A stretch of DNA of 64,000 nt. Origin: a virus (Duplodnaviria > Heunggongvirae > Uroviricota > Caudoviricetes). This document shows, one piece after another, positions 61,156 through 64,000 of this stretch. Position 1 is the stretch's first letter, and the number at the start of each line of letters is the position of its first letter. The DNA lies in IMG/VR virus record IMGVR_UViG_648028025_000010. One strand, 5' to 3'. A program made the position numbers and the translations under genes. The notes beneath the pieces are model-generated. The model was not told the DNA's origin. It did no database searches and saw only the letters and a list, made by a program, of their open reading frames with translations.

Positions 61156-61854
61156 TTACTGCGAAAGTTTATTGATGGAAAGGAAACCGCCAAAATTAGC
61201 CACCATGCCGCGCATCTCACACCCGCGCATGCACTTGCTGCATCTGTCCTTACGGATATCCGTGGTGGGGTTGTCGAACTCATCCGCCACCGCAGGACCG
61301 TTATACCCGCATTCATCTCCCCGGTAATCCCACATACAGGTGTTCGCCAGCATGATGCGACCGGGAAACAGCGCCCCGTCCGTCTCCGTCGGTGTTGCCA
61401 GCACAAACGAGGCCGTCATGGCCGTCAGCTCTGACATCTGCTCCACCACCCAGCGGTCGCTCAGCTCCTGCTCCGGGTCCGCTTCCGGATTGCCCGCCAC
61501 AAAATTCACCGCATCCAGAAAACGGGCATACACCCGGCGGCGGACCACCGTGGCCCCCACCAGGCTCTGCAGGTCCTCCGCCATCCCGGTGACCAGACCA
61601 AACAGATTCGACACCGTCAGCGACGGTCTGGCACTGCTGCCCTTCCCGTTCATCTCAAAACCGCTGCCGTCAATCGGGTATGCCTGATATTGCCGCCCCT
61701 GCCAGGTAACCGCCTCCCCTTTTTCATTCAGCTCATTGCAGAAAAAATACCGCTCACCACCCTGTACCGTCAGGTCGATTTCCCAGAGTACCACCCGCGG
61801 TGACTGCTCTGATTTAACCGACTCGTTCAGACTTTCTTCGTGAATATCCTGCAT
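61156..61854 (-). CDS. L: Tail tip protein L (prophage 2)
   Basis: 232 aa with a conserved Cys cluster, gpL-like. Confidence 0.85.
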   Translation of the reverse strand: MQDIHEESLNESVKSEQSPRVVLWEIDLTVQGGERYFFCNELNEKGEAVTWQGRQYQAYPIDGSGFEMNGKGSSARPSLTVSNLFGLVTGMAEDLQSLVGATVVRRRVYARFLDAVNFVAGNPEADPEQELSDRWVVEQMSELTAMTASFVLATPTETDGALFPGRIMLANTCMWDYRGDECGYNGPAVADEFDNPTTDIRKDRCSKCMRGCEMRGMVANFGGFLSINKLSQ

Positions 61855-62183
61855 CAGTTCACCACCTGCTTAAACTCCGCGCTGAACTCAACGCGCAACA
61901 TCCCGACCCGCGCAGACCACCCGGCACAGGTCACCTTTATCTGCCGGTATGCATAGGGTGGCTTCCACAAAAATGCCTTCCAGCCTCCGTGCTCTGCCAG
62001 GAACGCTTCCAGATGCCGGGCCTCCTCCCGGGTCACGGAAAGCGTCACACGGTATGTTTTCAGGTCAGCATTCAGCCCTGCCGCCATACGCTGTGAGTAC
62101 CCGTCACCAAAACGCACTTCACGCACCGACGGCTGCGAGTTCACCTCCATATCCGGCTTCACTTTCCAGCGAAATGTTTTCAT
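61854..62183 (-). CDS. M: Tail tip protein M (prophage 2)
   Basis: 109 aa, gpM-like. Confidence 0.8.
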   Translation of the reverse strand: MKTFRWKVKPDMEVNSQPSVREVRFGDGYSQRMAAGLNADLKTYRVTLSVTREEARHLEAFLAEHGGWKAFLWKPPYAYRQIKVTCAGWSARVGMLRVEFSAEFKQVVN

Positions 62184-64000
62184 CGCCCGCTCCCCGATAA
62201 CATACCGCCATCACGCAACTGCAGCCGGAGCTCATCCTGCGCCCCCTTGCGGGCCATGTCATACACCGCCTTCATCAGCTGCGGCCCCGCCTGTCCGTTG
62301 GTGCCGTCGTTCTGAATCACCACGTGATTGTTCTGATTAAAATTAATACCTTCCGCCCGCCGCATCTGCGCCGGACTTCCGGCACCGCCCACATAACCAC
62401 CTTCCGCATACCCGCGCATCAGACGATACAGGTTGCCGACGCCAATCCGGCTGGTTGCCTCCTTCGTGAAGACAAACTCCCCGCGGTGGACAATACCGGC
62501 AGGCTCATATTTGCCGCCCGTCCCCGTAAATCCTCCGGTCGCGAAATGGAAGTTCGCCGCCGCAGCCTCAATGGCCGTCCCCGAGGAAGCAGATGCACCA
62601 CCACCGAAAGCACCGCCAATGGCGCTGCCGATACGCCCGACAATGCCCACCATGGCCTGTTTAAGCAGGATTTCTGTCATCATGGACAGCACCGAACGGG
62701 TGAATCCCCGCCAGTCTGCCTCTGCACCGGTCAGCATCGCCGCCATATTCTGTGCAATACCGTCAAAGGTCTGCGTGGCCACGCTTTTAACCTGCGAAAA
62801 ACTGTCCGTCGCACTTTCTGCCCACTCGCCCCAGCCGGACTTCAGCCCGGCCATCCAGCTTCCACGAAGCTGCTCCTCCGCAGACCAGGTGTTCTTCAGT
62901 GCCGATGTGGCCTTCGCCAGCGCAGCCGGATTATCACCGTACACGTCCCGAAGACGCTGCGCTTCAGACTCCCGCTGCGCCTGACGGTCAGTGAGACCGC
63001 GGGCTTTTGCGCTGATGGCGGCCTGCTTCGCGCTCTGCTGCTCTTCAAACCGCACCGCCTGCTGTGCCAGCTCATTCAGGCGTTTCTGGTGTTCAACCTT
63101 GTCGCCCAGCTCAGCCAGCTGGCGTTTGTACTCCAGCGTCTCGTCTTTATGCGCCAGCAGGGATTTTTCCTGCTCAGATAACTGTCGTTTCGTGGCAGCC
63201 TCTTTCAGGACCGCATACTGACTTTCCGCCTTCCATAAATCACGGCGCTGCCGGCTGATTTTCTCATTCGCACCGCTGTGTTTTTCCAGCGTCCTGAGCT
63301 CAGCTTCAAGGGCAAGCAGAGCCTCTCTTGCCTGCTCCTCTTCCCTCTCCCCGGCAGAGCGCGTTTTCGGTGATGTATGCTTTTTACCTGTCAGCTCTTC
63401 AGCCAGACGGCTGACGGCTTCCTGCTGCCCCGGACCTTTGCTGACGCCTGTTGCACGCGAACGGTTGATGTACCCCATTTCCCCCTGGCGTATACGCGCA
63501 TCCCGTTCCGCAATGGATTTTCTCAGCGCCAGTTCATCACGTTTTGTTTTCTCAATAAATACGCGGTTCTCTTCTGCCAGTTCACCAAACAACGCACCAA
63601 CACCGGGCACATTCTTTGTCGTTTCCCAGGCTGACTGAATAAATTCAGCCAGCGCCAGATCCCCCTGCACAAGCAGCAGCTTCACCTGTTCAACGGTTCC
63701 GGCCACCACGTCAGTGATCAGACTGAGTGCCCCCAGTGTATGATCACCTATCCATGCCCATGCGTCAGAAGTCCAGGTTTTAACATCGTCCCAGATTTTT
63801 TCCACCGGCGTGGCCGCTTTATCAAGTTGCTCCAGACGTGCATTCATGACATCCGCAAACAGGGACATCGCCTCCGTCACCGCAGCCTGTTTACCTTTCG
63901 TGCGCTCAAGCTCATCAATATGGCGTAACTGGGAAACGCTCAGGAAGTTATACTGCTGATTCAGGGAGGCCAGCGCCTTCACCGGATCTGCTGCAATCCC
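62180..64000 (-). CDS. H: Tail tape measure protein H (prophage 2), 5'-partial at the window edge
   Basis: ORF runs to the window end. C-terminal region similar to prophage 1 H (...GGSGMAMFSPQ / ...NFNQNNHVVIQNDGTNGQ). Confidence 0.8.
   Translation of the reverse strand, partial: GIAADPVKALASLNQQYNFLSVSQLRHIDELERTKGKQAAVTEAMSLFADVMNARLEQLDKAATPVEKIWDDVKTWTSDAWAWIGDHTLGALSLITDVVAGTVEQVKLLLVQGDLALAEFIQSAWETTKNVPGVGALFGELAEENRVFIEKTKRDELALRKSIAERDARIRQGEMGYINRSRATGVSKGPGQQEAVSRLAEELTGKKHTSPKTRSAGEREEEQAREALLALEAELRTLEKHSGANEKISRQRRDLWKAESQYAVLKEAATKRQLSEQEKSLLAHKDETLEYKRQLAELGDKVEHQKRLNELAQQAVRFEEQQSAKQAAISAKARGLTDRQAQRESEAQRLRDVYGDNPAALAKATSALKNTWSAEEQLRGSWMAGLKSGWGEWAESATDSFSQVKSVATQTFDGIAQNMAAMLTGAEADWRGFTRSVLSMMTEILLKQAMVGIVGRIGSAIGGAFGGGASASSGTAIEAAAANFHFATGGFTGTGGKYEPAGIVHRGEFVFTKEATSRIGVGNLYRLMRGYAEGGYVGGAGSPAQMRRAEGINFNQNNHVVIQNDGTNGQAGPQLMKAVYDMARKGAQDELRLQLRDGGMLSGSGR

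Overview
The window is almost entirely prophage DNA. Left edge: host ydfI (N-terminal part) and an N-terminally truncated MFS transporter gene ydfJ (437-1720, minus strand). From about 1.71 kb to 51.6 kb lies a Qin-like lambdoid prophage ('prophage 1') inserted at the 5' end of ydfJ. Reading left to right it carries: ydfK, a Pin serine invertase, tail-fibre assembly and side-tail-fibre genes, lom, a lambda-like tail module (J, I, K, L, M, H, G/T, V, U, Z, FII), a head module with a protease-capsid fusion, portal, gpW-like protein and large/small terminase, a candidate cos site, a cargo/lysis block (ynfO-like, ydfO, gnsB, ynfN, cspI, Rz/Rz1, SAR-type lysozyme, ydfR, phage-21-type pinholin, cspB, cspF), the Q antiterminator, ydfU, rem, the relBE-hokD toxin-antitoxin cluster, flxA behind a sigma-28 promoter, a replication/immunity block (O-like, YdaT-like, dicC-like, dicA), and the ydfA - ydfB/C - DicF sRNA - dicB - ydfD operon. 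It ends with an 823-aa zinc-ribbon plus DEDDh-exonuclease protein, xis and int. Four IS copies are present: an rve-family element near the replication genes, an IS66-family element that splits xis (8-bp target duplication), and an IS3-family element that splits int (3-bp target duplication), so prophage 1 looks excision-defective. From about 51.6 kb to the window end a second lambdoid prophage begins in tandem and in the same orientation: an att-proximal arm homologous to 1.71-2.0 kb, an effector locus with a type III effector NleC-like zinc protease gene and an NleG-like fragment, a collagen-repeat tail fibre, lom, J, I, K, L, M and a partial H. I found no CRISPR array, tRNA or rRNA. Nearly every ORF matches a known phage or Qin-cargo family; I did not find a clearly new multi-gene system. 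The least-explained loci are the 823-aa exonuclease protein, a 245-bp hairpin-bearing insert between I and J of prophage 2, and several small ORFs. All protein identifications are from reading the translations against remembered family features; no database search was run.
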